Below the pieces are notes generated by a model. The model made no database searches, was not told the origin of the DNA, and saw nothing but the letters and a program-made list of their open reading frames with translations. A program made the translations under genes and the position numbers. A DNA stretch of 64,000 bases from Dehalococcoidia bacterium (GTDB lineage Bacteria; Chloroflexota; Dehalococcoidia; Lucifugimonadales; UBA3495), in NCBI GenBank assembly GCA_965232835.1, contig OZ247426.1, forward strand, positions 1,628,974 to 1,692,973. The letters are read 5' to 3'. Below are positions 12,111 through 21,359 of the stretch, in pieces (position 1 is the stretch's first letter; every line of letters begins with the position of its first letter).

Positions 12111-13945
12111 CGTCTGGCTTCCCTCACTTTCCAAAGCGGCTCCCACACGGCGTCGAAATCCGCCCCAAGTAACTCGGCCCCTGCCTCGGTTTTCCGCAGT
12201 TCAGCCACCAGGGATGCCACTGCGTCCAACCGGTCCGGTCCACGGTGCAGGGTCTCAAGCATTCTCTCCATCAAACCCGGCGACGACAGGCTGGCGGCGA
12301 AATTCTTGCCAAAGTTTCCGAGGGACTGGTCGAATTCAGCAAATGTGAGGTCATCATCGGGCGACAGCAATAGCCAAAGCAATTGCATTAGTTGGGCTCG
12401 GTTGCTCAGCATACCGGCCAGCAACCGTGGGAGGCGGTCTTCAGGTAATCCGTTTAGTTCGATGGGTCTGACGAAGCGTTTGCGCGCGGACCTGCCATTC
12501 AGAGATGCCCGAATCTCTATGGCCAAAAAGCATGACAGCTCAGTGATCAACATTCCAGTAAATTCAGAACCATCTGCGAAAGGCTTGCTATGGGCGTCCG
12601 AGAGGGAAACCGGCCAGCAAGTTACGGTGCCGATAGCGGGTCCCAGGTGCACCGGTTCGGTGATTTCCAACCCTAAGACGTACCGATCTCCGTCTGCCTT
12701 AACCTGTCCCTTGACATCCACCCGCGCCAGGGAAGCGGCACCAGCCTCCATCGTAAGTTCAAGGTTGATGGCGTCCTCGTCCTCTGTAACCGTTCCCAGG
12801 TCCGACTTGTCGAAGGGTTCGATCAAGCTGCGAAAAGTCCCTGCATCGCTGTCCTTGCCGGGATTGAGGAATGTGTCTATGCCGAACTTGCTCTTCCTTC
12901 CCGACAACTCCACCATAAATTCGACATTGCACGGAACCCTGCCCATGGCTGCGGACGTAGAATTACCCGACCCTACAACCAGCCTTACATTCCAGCCGTC
13001 GTCGATTACGAACACCTTTGCATGCAGCCCGCCCAGCGGAGCCAGGTCCGCCTCCCCATCTTCTGGCTCCAGTTCAAGCCCCGCTTTGAAAGAAAAGATT
13101 TCGGTGAAGCCAGATAGGGCGCCTCGGGGAGCGGTCAGCAAAGCGTCGCGCCTACTCACCAAGAATGATTGGGGACGCCTCTCTGCCATAGACCGCAGGA
13201 ACTCCCCTCCCAGGAACGGAGAGACCACCAGAATTGGCCGACTTTTGAGGTCGGGGAAATCGGGGTTGACGCTGCCCAAGCCGAATGACCAGAAGCGTTC
13301 GATCTCAAGACCTTTGGGGGGATGAAACCTTACACGTTGCAGCTCATCTGCGCAGAGTTCTACGAGTTCTCGTTGGGAGCCCGACATGGGCCGGCAAGCC
13401 AACCCAGGAAGCAAGCGGAAGAAGTCCGACAGCGGCCTGTTTTGCGAAAAACCCCTAACCCGGTGCTCCATTAGTTCGCCATCGAGTACGAGCGAAGTGT
13501 CCCAAGAAGCATCGAAAGTAAGGTTGCGTGACTGGCAAACCAGACGGTACCGCGCGGGCTGCTCCTCCGCTAAATAGCGCAACGCCCATACCTTTGGATG
13601 GAACACCGCCTGAGTTTCATCCACCCTTGGCGGTAGCGCGGTTACCACGGACTGTTCCAGGAACGCCAAAGCGGGTTGGCGGGTTCGTGGCACCGATGTC
13701 TGTCCACCGTGGCAAAAAAGTACGATGCGCCCAGCGTGTCGCCGGGCACTCTCCAAAAGAGCCAGCGGGTCTGAAGCCAATTGGCCGTTACGGTCTTGGG
13801 CATCCGCGAATGTGAACGCCAGGGGTACCGACAGCAACGCCAACAGGTCCAGGGTGTAAGTTGTGCCTACGGCTAGATCGAAGGTATATCCTTCGGGAGG
13901 GCGAAGGGATTCCAGGAAGAGCCGACGATTCCCGGGTTCGAGCAT
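12107..13945 (-). CDS. phospholipase-D-family nuclease with two HKD motifs
   Basis: First motif FHPKVWALRY; second motif LHAKVFVIDDGWNVRLVVGSGNSTSAAMG (the HxK..D..GSxN signature). The ATG at 13945 (MLEPGNRRLF) lies 5 nt after the upstream gene's stop. Confidence 0.85.
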   Translation of the reverse strand: MLEPGNRRLFLESLRPPEGYTFDLAVGTTYTLDLLALLSVPLAFTFADAQDRNGQLASDPLALLESARRHAGRIVLFCHGGQTSVPRTRQPALAFLEQSVVTALPPRVDETQAVFHPKVWALRYLAEEQPARYRLVCQSRNLTFDASWDTSLVLDGELMEHRVRGFSQNRPLSDFFRLLPGLACRPMSGSQRELVELCADELQRVRFHPPKGLEIERFWSFGLGSVNPDFPDLKSRPILVVSPFLGGEFLRSMAERRPQSFLVSRRDALLTAPRGALSGFTEIFSFKAGLELEPEDGEADLAPLGGLHAKVFVIDDGWNVRLVVGSGNSTSAAMGRVPCNVEFMVELSGRKSKFGIDTFLNPGKDSDAGTFRSLIEPFDKSDLGTVTEDEDAINLELTMEAGAASLARVDVKGQVKADGDRYVLGLEITEPVHLGPAIGTVTCWPVSLSDAHSKPFADGSEFTGMLITELSCFLAIEIRASLNGRSARKRFVRPIELNGLPEDRLPRLLAGMLSNRAQLMQLLWLLLSPDDDLTFAEFDQSLGNFGKNFAASLSSPGLMERMLETLHRGPDRLDAVASLVAELRKTEAGAELLGADFDAVWEPLWKVREARR

Positions 13946-13950
13946 TGGGC

Positions 13951-15186
13951 CTACTCTAGGGGTTCCAGGATGTCGGCCGCTATCCGCTGCACCTGGGACC
14001 ATCTGAAATTAAGGCGACCGGAAGCGGGATAGCCGCGACGAATGTCCCTAGCATCGTCATAGGTTAAACGGGCCCGTCTTCCCTTCAACGCAAGCTCCCG
14101 TTCACGCAGGAGTCGTTGGACACCGGCCTGTAGTTCGCGCTCCAATCGAAGCCGAGTCATATCCATCACTAATGCGTACCAGCGGTCTGCGAACGCAATT
14201 GTGGCCGTCCGAAGCCGGGGGTTGGCACTCCGTAGGCGCCGCCACATTGCGGCCCGGTCCCACTGTGCCAGGTGGTCCCGGTACTCTTGAACCTCCGCCA
14301 GCCAATTGGCCAAGTCGGCGGTGAATGCACTGATATATCCATCGTCCTCCAACGCTTCAGCCAGCATCACGTTGTACAGGATTGCCGCTCCCTGGTGAAC
14401 CAAAGAGAACAAAGCTGCATCGTCAAGCCATGCCGCCAGCGCTGGCGGGGCTGAGCTCGCCGAAAAATGCTCCCATGGGTAATTCGCTTCCCAAATAGTA
14501 CTAACATCCCCTTCGCGAAATATGTGAGCCAAGAAAGATTGCGGGTGCTTGAGCTCAATGCAGTCCCGAAGGAAACGTCCTTCCTCCTGGGTCAAGTCGA
14601 AAGAGGCCTTCTCAGGAAAGTCTCCGGGAATCGGAGGCAGCGCCGCCCACCGTCCCGGCACTTCATCGGCAGACTCGTACTGCCGGTCTTCAACGGGATC
14701 TGCGGGTGCCCAAGTTGCCCTCATTAAGGCGGTTGGCCGTCGCTGAGTCGGTCCGGATTTTGCGGTGGCTGCGGATTCTTTGCGGATTCCCCACCGTTCG
14801 AGGCCCACCCAATAGATTTGGCTCGGCCAACGGCGCAGCGATGCTCTTGCCTGCCTTCCGATGACCCCGGCGCCCGCGCCGTGGGATTTGTCCAGTGCTT
14901 CGCAAAGTCGCAACTCTAGCTGCCTCGCCAGGCGGTTAGAATTTGTCTCCGCCGTGGCTTCGACCATCTGCAAGATCCATGGTATAAACAGAAAATATCG
15001 AGCGCGGGTCTGGATAGTGCTCGTACCAGGGAAAAGGGTATCCGCGATGGTGTCTCGGATACTGCCGATGCCAAGTTCGTCGAGAGTCCCCGGCTCGTTT
15101 AGCGCGGAAACTAACTCCATTACTGCCCGGCGCTCGCTCTCACTACTGTCCAGCCAGCTGAGTGTCGAGTTGAATGTGGAAGTCAT
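13951..15186 (-). CDS. DUF6361-like protein, first gene of the PLD/helicase operon
   Basis: 411-aa ORF. The N-terminus LSWLDSSESERRAVMELVSALNEPGTLDELGIGSIRDTIADTLFPGTSTIQTRARYFLFIPW matches my recollection of the DUF6361 family, which is usually found with PLD and helicase genes. Confidence 0.6.
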   Translation of the reverse strand: MTSTFNSTLSWLDSSESERRAVMELVSALNEPGTLDELGIGSIRDTIADTLFPGTSTIQTRARYFLFIPWILQMVEATAETNSNRLARQLELRLCEALDKSHGAGAGVIGRQARASLRRWPSQIYWVGLERWGIRKESAATAKSGPTQRRPTALMRATWAPADPVEDRQYESADEVPGRWAALPPIPGDFPEKASFDLTQEEGRFLRDCIELKHPQSFLAHIFREGDVSTIWEANYPWEHFSASSAPPALAAWLDDAALFSLVHQGAAILYNVMLAEALEDDGYISAFTADLANWLAEVQEYRDHLAQWDRAAMWRRLRSANPRLRTATIAFADRWYALVMDMTRLRLERELQAGVQRLLRERELALKGRRARLTYDDARDIRRGYPASGRLNFRWSQVQRIAADILEPLE

Positions 15187-15299
15187 CCTGTGTTAATTCA
15201 CCCCTACTTTTCAATAAGTAACCTCTTCCCTGCCTCACCTGCTCAAGTTTCCCAATTTTCCAGCTATCTTGTCATGTCATGTCAACTGACGTTGTAATC

Positions 15300-16223
15300 C
15301 TAAACCAAACCCAAGGTGGGATGTGCATTTGCCTGAGGTGAGGAATCGTGCTGTGAATTTAGCTGGAGTGCCTGGGCCCTTGACTGCAATACCGTCCGGC
15401 AACGCCGTCTCACCGCGTCCTTCCGGTTGGCCAGACCAGCCAGGAAGTTGCCGACCCTCTCCTGCACCGCTTCCCTGGTCCCCAAGCAGAGATTGCCGGT
15501 GGGCTCCTCTCCCGCCCAGCCCCAGATGGCCTCATCGGCATTGAAGTCCGGGCTGTAGCCCGGTAGATTAACCAACCGTAGGTCAAGTCCGGGCGTCCGC
15601 AGATATTCCCGCACCGCCTCGCCACGGTGGGCTGGCGCGTTGTCCCAGATGATCTTGGGCGGGCCAGGGTGTTTTCTCCGCAGTTGTTCCAGGAAGGTAA
15701 CCGAGGTCCCGCTGTTGCTGTTGCCCTCCAGTTCCATCCATTCCACCTCGCCCGTCTCCAGGCACACCGCCGAATAGTAGCTGGTCTTCTCCCCGTACCT
15801 CGGACTGTTGGAGTTCACCAACGACGGCTGGCCCTGCAGCACCCACTTGCCCCGAAGCTCCGCGTCCGACCGGAAGTGGGCCTCATCAGCGAAGAATATC
15901 CTGGCTTCAGCCTGCCCAGCATCCTCCCTCGGTGCGACGTACTCCGCAACGAAGGCCTCCCGCTTGGCTTCATCCGCCTTGAGCAACCGCTTCTTGGGCC
16001 GCTTGAAAGCAGACCCCAAGCGGTGCAGGTAATTCATGCAACTGCTGTGGCACAGGCTGATGCCGTACCGGTCCGCCGCAAACCGGTGCACCACTTTCCA
16101 ATTCCAATTGGCCAAGCCGATGCCCACGGCCTCAGGCAATTCTTGCACCGCCCCTTTCAGCGCCGCTTGTTGCGCTTCACCGAGGGCGGGGGGCTAACGG
16201 GGGTAGGTTTTTCGCGGCATGTT
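15300..16223 (-). pseudogene. IS630-family transposase remnant: DDE domain intact, N-terminal HTH region lost
   Basis: The 282-aa ORF carries IS630-type DDE region motifs (FFADEAHF, IIWDNAPAHRG, LPGYSPDFNADE). Upstream reads MPRKTYPR-stop-PPALGEAQQAALKGAVQELPEA, so about 90 aa of the usual HTH part are missing. Confidence 0.7.
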
Positions 16224-16433
16224 GATCACTTTGATTTCGTTCGCTGACTCAGACTATCGTTTGCAAACGTAACCACCCGGTTTTCGTTCAGTCTCAAAGC
16301 TGGAGGGAGGCGACACTTGATTCCTGTGCATCCACCTGTTTGGTGCTTGAACTTTAACTGGCACTCCCAATCAGGGGCCTGACGGGAGGCTTCTCTTGTT
16401 CACAGCCCAACACTCACGTATGGTCCGCTTTCA

Positions 16434-17189
16434 TCACTGAGTTAGACCCAGCTGCGCTTCCAGTTCCCGTATCCGCGCCTCGGCGGCTAACCGGGCGGCT
16501 CTCTCAGCGTCGGAACGTTCCTCAGCGGCATTAGCCCGGGCCCACTCGCTGTCGGCGCGGTCGCGCTCGCTCTCCAAACTGGCAATGGGCGCGCCGGTAG
16601 CAGGGTCGTGGAACACTAACTCGCCCTCCTCCCAGCGCAGATGCAGGTTCAGCGCCGGGCTGTACCCCTGCAACACCCCATCAGGCAATTCCTCTATCTC
16701 AACGGGTTCGTACTCGTCGCCCACCAGCCGGTCCCCGGCCAGCCGCGCCTCTGAACTCCGTCCCCTCTCGTCAAATCGCCAGTACTCGCCTATCCCCAAC
16801 CGGGCATAGTCGACACGCTTGTCCACCCGATCCGTGCGCCCGCTGCTGGGCGACACCACCTCCAGTATCCAGTCCGGAGGCTTGCCCTGCTCCGAGATCA
16901 CGTAGGCGTTGCTGGCCCGGTAGGCCTGCGGGTCCGCCCCAAAGGCCACCAGCAGGTCGGGGTAGCGCACTCCCGCCAGGTTGCGGGTGGGCGCCAGGGC
17001 CAGGTAATGCTCTCCCGCCACCAGCGTGGTCTCCGGACTCCCCAAGTGTTCGATGAGCAGGTAAACGTTGCCGTTGGCGGCCAGGCGGTCAAAGCTGGTC
17101 ATCTTGTCGTCCGGGTCTTCCGGCGGATCGGGAAACACGATATGCTTCTCAACCGGAAGCGATTTGGCGAAGGTCTCGGGTGTGCTCAT
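16434..17189 (-). CDS. Uma2-family (DUF820) PD-(D/E)xK endonuclease with C-terminal coiled-coil tail
   Basis: YPDLLVAFGADP...GKPPDWILEVVSPSS...DYARLGIGEYWRFDE, followed by an Ala/Glu/Arg-rich tail. It is a paralog of 28137..28940. Confidence 0.8.
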   Translation of the reverse strand: MSTPETFAKSLPVEKHIVFPDPPEDPDDKMTSFDRLAANGNVYLLIEHLGSPETTLVAGEHYLALAPTRNLAGVRYPDLLVAFGADPQAYRASNAYVISEQGKPPDWILEVVSPSSGRTDRVDKRVDYARLGIGEYWRFDERGRSSEARLAGDRLVGDEYEPVEIEELPDGVLQGYSPALNLHLRWEEGELVFHDPATGAPIASLESERDRADSEWARANAAEERSDAERAARLAAEARIRELEAQLGLTQ

Positions 17190-17435
17190 CTTGCACCTGG
17201 CGCTTGCGGGGGTTGGTAGCCCCGTTGCAACATCGCGGTTTGCCTCCGTTGAGAGGCTTCATGTCATTGTGGAGATTCTACGCCGCCGGCCAGCCGTCGG
17301 CAAGGGAAACGGCGCGCGGGATGGTACCGGTCTGCGACAATTTCTGACCCTAAATGCGGATATTCAAACCCGGTCGTCTCAGGCGCTGATACCTGCCCGC
17401 TGACGGCGGCGTCATCCTGCTGCTACGCTCTTGGC

Positions 17436-17908
17436 ATGGTCCTCTCACGGGAACGTATCCTGGACGCCCCGGCCCAGCGGGTGAGCCACGGCACGGACCA
17501 ATTGCCCTCCAGCCACCGCTATTACCTCGCGAAAAAGGGCATCGCCGCAGGCTCCGGCGCCCTGGGCTTCGACGCGCAGTCGGAGTTCGCGCGGGCCCAT
17601 CCCGTGTCGCGGCAATGTCTGACCCTGCTGCTGCGCCGCCTGGACGCCAGGGCTTCGGTGTACGGCCAGGCGTCCACCCTCTCCCCCGGCGTGGACAGCC
17701 TGGAAACCCGTGTGGAGTTTCACCGCCGGGGCCGGTTGATGCGGTGATCACTCTCCACAATGGCCGCAGCTTCGGCGTGGCACGCCAGGGCCTTGACCAG
17801 CGGCGCCGCTCCCTCTACGACCAGTTGCGGGCCATCGCCGAGTACGGGTACCCGCGCCGCCCCGGCACGGTACTGGTCCTGACTCCAGCGTCTGGGAGCA
17901 GAGGTTGA
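17436..17908 (+). pseudogene. frameshifted fragment of a replication-relaxation-type gene (third copy)
   Basis: Two overlapping frames align to the middle of the 25.2-kb and 30.6-kb genes. HRYYLAKKGIAA...HPVSRQCLTLLLRRLDA corresponds to QRRYFPTDKGVTA...YPVSKQWFRLLSERLDA. ITLHNGRSFGVARQG...GTVLVLTPAS corresponds to ITLSGGRSLGIVRQG...TATLVITHSD. The DNA at 17395..17480 also matches 30296..30380. Confidence 0.6.
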
Positions 17909-18011
17909 CTACCTGGTAAGGACTGCTGCCCATCGGCGGTTTCGGGTTCCTCAACGTGGCCCTTGTCAACGTATCCTGTAGGCGAGAGCTGTTTGCTTGA
18001 CGGCGATCGGA

Positions 18012-18977
18012 CTAAACTCCGCTCTGCTCCGGTTGCTTCAGCAGTGCGGAACAGTCCCGCTCGTTCACCAGGTGGTTCACCGACACCCGGCCGTGGCTGT
18101 CGTAGCCGGTAGCGTAGGCGAATTCCACCTCGGCTCCCCAGGGGACCCGCCCGCCGGTCCGGATGGTGTCGCCGCCCGGCCCGCCGACTCCCTGGACCAC
18201 CACGCCGTTGCGGGAACCCTTCTTCCAGGCCATGACCTTGAGTTCCACGGGAGCAACCAGTTCCGCCGCCGACGGCGCGAACAGCACCTCGTGCAGACGC
18301 CGGAGCACGTCCCCCGAAGGGGTGCGCTGGCCGTTCATAATCTGGGAGAGATAGGAGACACTGATGCCCGCCCGCCGGGCCACCTCATTCTGGCTCCAAC
18401 CGTGAGCATCCATTCGCTCCCACAGGGCCTGAGGGTCCACGGCGGGAAGCTGGGCGGCCTCGACCTTCACGGGAGCCTCCAGGACGGACTCCATCCGTGC
18501 CTGGGCGGCGGGACTGAGGTTGCGCTGGCCCCGCGACACCTGCACCACGTAGCCGTAGCTCAGTCCCGTCCGGTCGGCCACCTGCCGCAGGGTCATGCCC
18601 CGCTCCCTGGCCAGCTCCCGAATGTAGGTGCTTTCACCGCCCTGGACCACGCCGCCCTGGCGGTAGACGATACCCTGACCGGGGACCTCGCCCAGGACCG
18701 CCATGGCCCTCTCCCGCAGCATGGGGGTCCAGGGCCTGCGCCCGTTGGCCACCGAGCACAGGTGGCTGTAGTTGACGCCCATCCTGTCGGCCAGTTGCTT
18801 GAGGGTGAGGCCGTGGCGCCTGGCGGCGGCCCGCAGTTCGTTCTCGGGCTTGCCCTGGCTGTGTCTCTTGTCCGCCGCGCCTTCCGTTTCCTGTGATACT
18901 GGTACCGCCGTGTTCGCGGGGATGTCGTTGCCGTTGTACATTGCCTTGGTGGTGTCGATGCTGGTAGTGGCCTTCAT
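18012..18977 (-). CDS. transcriptional regulator with tandem XRE-type helix-turn-helix domains
   Basis: Several HTH_3-like units (LTLKQLADRMGVNYSHLCSVANGRRPW, MTLRQVADRTGLSYGYVVQVSRGQRNLS, WSQNEVARRAGISVSYLSQIMNGQRTPS). A GGAGG lies 8 nt upstream of the ATG. Confidence 0.8.
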   Translation of the reverse strand: MKATTSIDTTKAMYNGNDIPANTAVPVSQETEGAADKRHSQGKPENELRAAARRHGLTLKQLADRMGVNYSHLCSVANGRRPWTPMLRERAMAVLGEVPGQGIVYRQGGVVQGGESTYIRELARERGMTLRQVADRTGLSYGYVVQVSRGQRNLSPAAQARMESVLEAPVKVEAAQLPAVDPQALWERMDAHGWSQNEVARRAGISVSYLSQIMNGQRTPSGDVLRRLHEVLFAPSAAELVAPVELKVMAWKKGSRNGVVVQGVGGPGGDTIRTGGRVPWGAEVEFAYATGYDSHGRVSVNHLVNERDCSALLKQPEQSGV

Positions 18978-19000
18978 GTCGCTTCCTCCGAAACGCAGAA

Positions 19001-19041
19001 AGCGGGGGCCGGTCTCGAATCGAACGAGACCGGCCCCCGCT
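19001..19041. terminator. strong GC-rich hairpin (17-bp perfect stem), likely a terminator or attenuator
   Basis: Stem AGCGGGGGCCGGTCTCG, loop aatcgaa, stem CGAGACCGGCCCCCGCT. On the minus strand it is followed by TTCTGCGTTT. It lies between the small ORF 19138..19347 and the HTH gene start. Confidence 0.55.
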
Positions 19042-19137
19042 TTGCTGTGAGCTGTGTATTTTCAGTCTTTGGTGCGGCTCACCTTGGGCCGCCGTTGGTT
19101 CACGCCGTCTCTCGCAGGAGAGAGGCGAGGCCTGGGG

Positions 19138-19347
19138 CTATCGTCGGTTCACCCCTTCCTCCGGCATTCCGGTGGTGCAGGGAGAACCCGGGCCAATGTT
19201 CGTGATGATCACCTCCTGGTTCTTGTGGTTGTGGCAGTTGTCGTCGCCGTGGCCGTGATTGCTGCCGGTGGCGACGACGACGGCTGAGCCGTTCCCGTCT
19301 TGTGCCGCAGACGCACCGTGCCCTGGGTCGGGATTGCCATGGAGCAC
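19138..19347 (-). CDS. small His/Cys/Gly-rich hypothetical peptide (69 aa); coding status uncertain
   Basis: GTG-initiated ORF ...GSNHGHGDDNCHNHKNQEVIITNIGPGSPCTTGMPEEG, followed about 100 nt downstream by the strong hairpin. No clear RBS. Confidence 0.25.
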   Translation of the reverse strand: MLHGNPDPGHGASAAQDGNGSAVVVATGSNHGHGDDNCHNHKNQEVIITNIGPGSPCTTGMPEEGVNRR

Positions 19348-19941
19348 GCCGATTTCAGACTTGGCGCAAGGCGCACGTCTCCCACGACAGGTTGACCCAC
19401 GGGAAACGCCGGAAGGGGGGTTGGCGCAAGGCGGAGTCCGGCCAGGGTGTTATTCCGTAGCTGCTGCCTTGGGAATAATGAGGGGAGCAAGGGTGAACGC
19501 GGTCCGGCCAATGGCCGGGTTTTCAGCTACCGACCTGATGGCAACCGTGTTGCAACGTCAAGCGTCCGGGCCGCCGTCTTTGACCGCGAACCGGAGCGTA
19601 GAAATCCTGCGGCGCCGTCGCTGCTATTCGGCAGCTACGCCGCAGTGGTGATGAGCGGCCTGAGCCTGGTGTCGTCCGCTCCGACCGCAGGGTGAAGATT
19701 GCGAAGCCGGTTCAACCGCTCCGCCAGGTGGACCCGGTGGGTGAGGGAATCCGGGATGCCGTGCTGTTTCTCTAAGCCACCTCCTGAACCAGGATAATCT
19801 GCCGTTGGGTGGTATTCCGCGCCTTTGGATTGGGCTGCCTGCAGAAGCGCACCGTGCGCCTCGATGAGTTGGGTAAACCGGCTGGAGCGAAAGCGTCAAC
19901 TGCGCCAACGCCTCAGCTACGTCCCTCGCGGACGGCCATCG

Positions 19942-20761
19942 GGAGAGCAAGGCTCGATCCTTTTGGTAAGTCCAACGCGGGCGGCCGTTCGGAGAGCGAG
20001 GCTCGATCCTATGCGGCCGGACCCGGGTCCAGGGACGGGACCCTCCAGGTTTCTATGGCGGGAAACGCTGGAAAAAGCCTGACAACGCAAATTAGTATCC
20101 GGCCCCGCCCAAGGCCTTGGCAATACCTTCGCGGCCCCGGCGTCCCAAGTGTTGCCTTTATTTGACCCGAACTCTAAGCGCACTTCCGGCGCCGGAGCAG
20201 TTCACCTCCCTGCGTCAGTTCGTTGGATAGGGATACCGCCTTGGGTTTGGATACCGGGTGGAACGCGCCGTGCGCTCCGATTGGGCTGGGTTCCGGCCGG
20301 GACGGGAGTGTCAACCACTACAGCCGCCCCAGCGATGGCGGGAAAGGAAGCATTGCTTAAACGCTCCATTCCCTCCGCCAGTGGCCGGAGCGATCAACTC
20401 CGGTTACCACCTGGCGGGTGCCCAGCAGCCGGAGCGATCAACTCCGGTTACCACCTGGCGGGTGCCCAGCAGCCGGAGCGATCAACTCCAACCGCCGGAC
20501 GGGTGTCCAACGACCGGGGGACCAACGTCAAACCCCGACCGGAGGACTGGACCGAGGACGGAGGACTTGAACACTCCGCCGGTTCGGCCCGCGCTGCCAG
20601 CGGAGAGCAATCTCAAATCCGCAGCGGCAGCATTCCCTCGTGGGCGACCCTTCCGGAGAGCAACCTCAAATCCGTCAGGTCATGCCCGGGCAACAGGGAT
20701 CGTGCCCCCAAGATTTCTATGGCGGGAAACCTCGGAAAAGCCAGACAACGAAATTAGTATC
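19942..20761. repeat. dispersed repeat modules in a non-coding region
   Basis: Two modules of about 240 bp, at about 19925..20165 and about 20580..20830. Each has a pair of 19-nt cores: GGAGAGCRAGGCTCGATCC at 19942 and 19991, and GGAGAGCAAYCTCAAATCC at 20602 and 20655. Each pair is followed by a conserved block TTTCTATGGCGGGAAAC...GGAAAAGCC.GACAACG.AAATTAGTATC (20050..20099 and 20714..20761). Confidence 0.8.
20384..20489. repeat. perfect 44-bp tandem repeat, 2.4 copies
   Basis: The unit GCCGGAGCGATCAACTCCGGTTACCACCTGGCGGGTGCCCAGCA occurs at 20384..20427 and 20428..20471, with a partial third copy. Its first 17 nt resemble the 19-nt cores of the flanking modules. Confidence 0.9.
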
Positions 20762-20888
20762 ACCTCGCCCGACAGCGAAAAGAAAGGGTTTGGGAGCCCC
20801 GGAGCCCAAAGTGTTCAATCCAGTTCATAAAAACTTATACAATAGTTACACAAAAATTTACTGATGCCGTCAGCGGCCCGCAGCGTCC

Positions 20889-21356
20889 CTATCTCCGCCA
20901 TCGCGCCGGGGTGAACCAGCGCCGGACCCTGAGCCAGAATTCCCGCCTGGCCCGCGCCTTCCGGGTGTCGTCCAGCGCCGTCCGGCGCCAGCTTATCTGG
21001 CCGCTGCGGGCGAAACCCCGCAGGGGCCGATGCTCCGGCGGCAGGGTCAGCCCGTGCTCCTCCAGCAGCGCCAGTTCCACTTCCAACAAGCGCTGTTGGT
21101 TATTCAGCCACGCCAGCCCCCTGCCCTTGGTGGGGTGGGAATCCTTCATCTCTCGCCACTCTACGACCAAGGGCCAAACGTCGCCGAACACCTGCGCATC
21201 GTCGTTCGCAGGCTCCAGCGTCGCCAGGTCGGGATACTCCCGCCTCTGCATGTGATTCTTTGTGGCTCCGGCTGGCTCTGCATTGCTCCAGCCTGGGTTC
21301 CCCTGACCAGCGTCTGCGCCGGTCTGTCCGACTCCCTGGTCCTCCCCGGTCCTCAC
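20889..21356 (-). CDS. hypothetical protein; possibly the C-terminal half of one frameshifted gene together with 21360..21723
   Basis: The protein-like sequence YPDLATLEPANDDAQVFGDVWPLVVEWREMKDSHPTKGRGLAWLNNQQRLLEVELALLEEHGL begins at a GTG inside the open frame of the upstream ORF. Confidence 0.4.
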   Translation of the reverse strand: MRTGEDQGVGQTGADAGQGNPGWSNAEPAGATKNHMQRREYPDLATLEPANDDAQVFGDVWPLVVEWREMKDSHPTKGRGLAWLNNQQRLLEVELALLEEHGLTLPPEHRPLRGFARSGQISWRRTALDDTRKARARREFWLRVRRWFTPARWRR

Positions 21357-21359
21357 TGC

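Noticed and set aside
19942-20673. A possible degenerate CRISPR array, given short repeats at 44-53-bp spacing close to a cas operon.
   Set aside because: There are only two or three units per cluster, and the cores are only 17-19 nt and differ between clusters. The two 'spacers' of the 44-bp repeat are identical to each other, so that is a tandem duplication. The site is 13 kb from the cas genes, inside a different mobile element. No other repeat-spacer structure was seen in the window.
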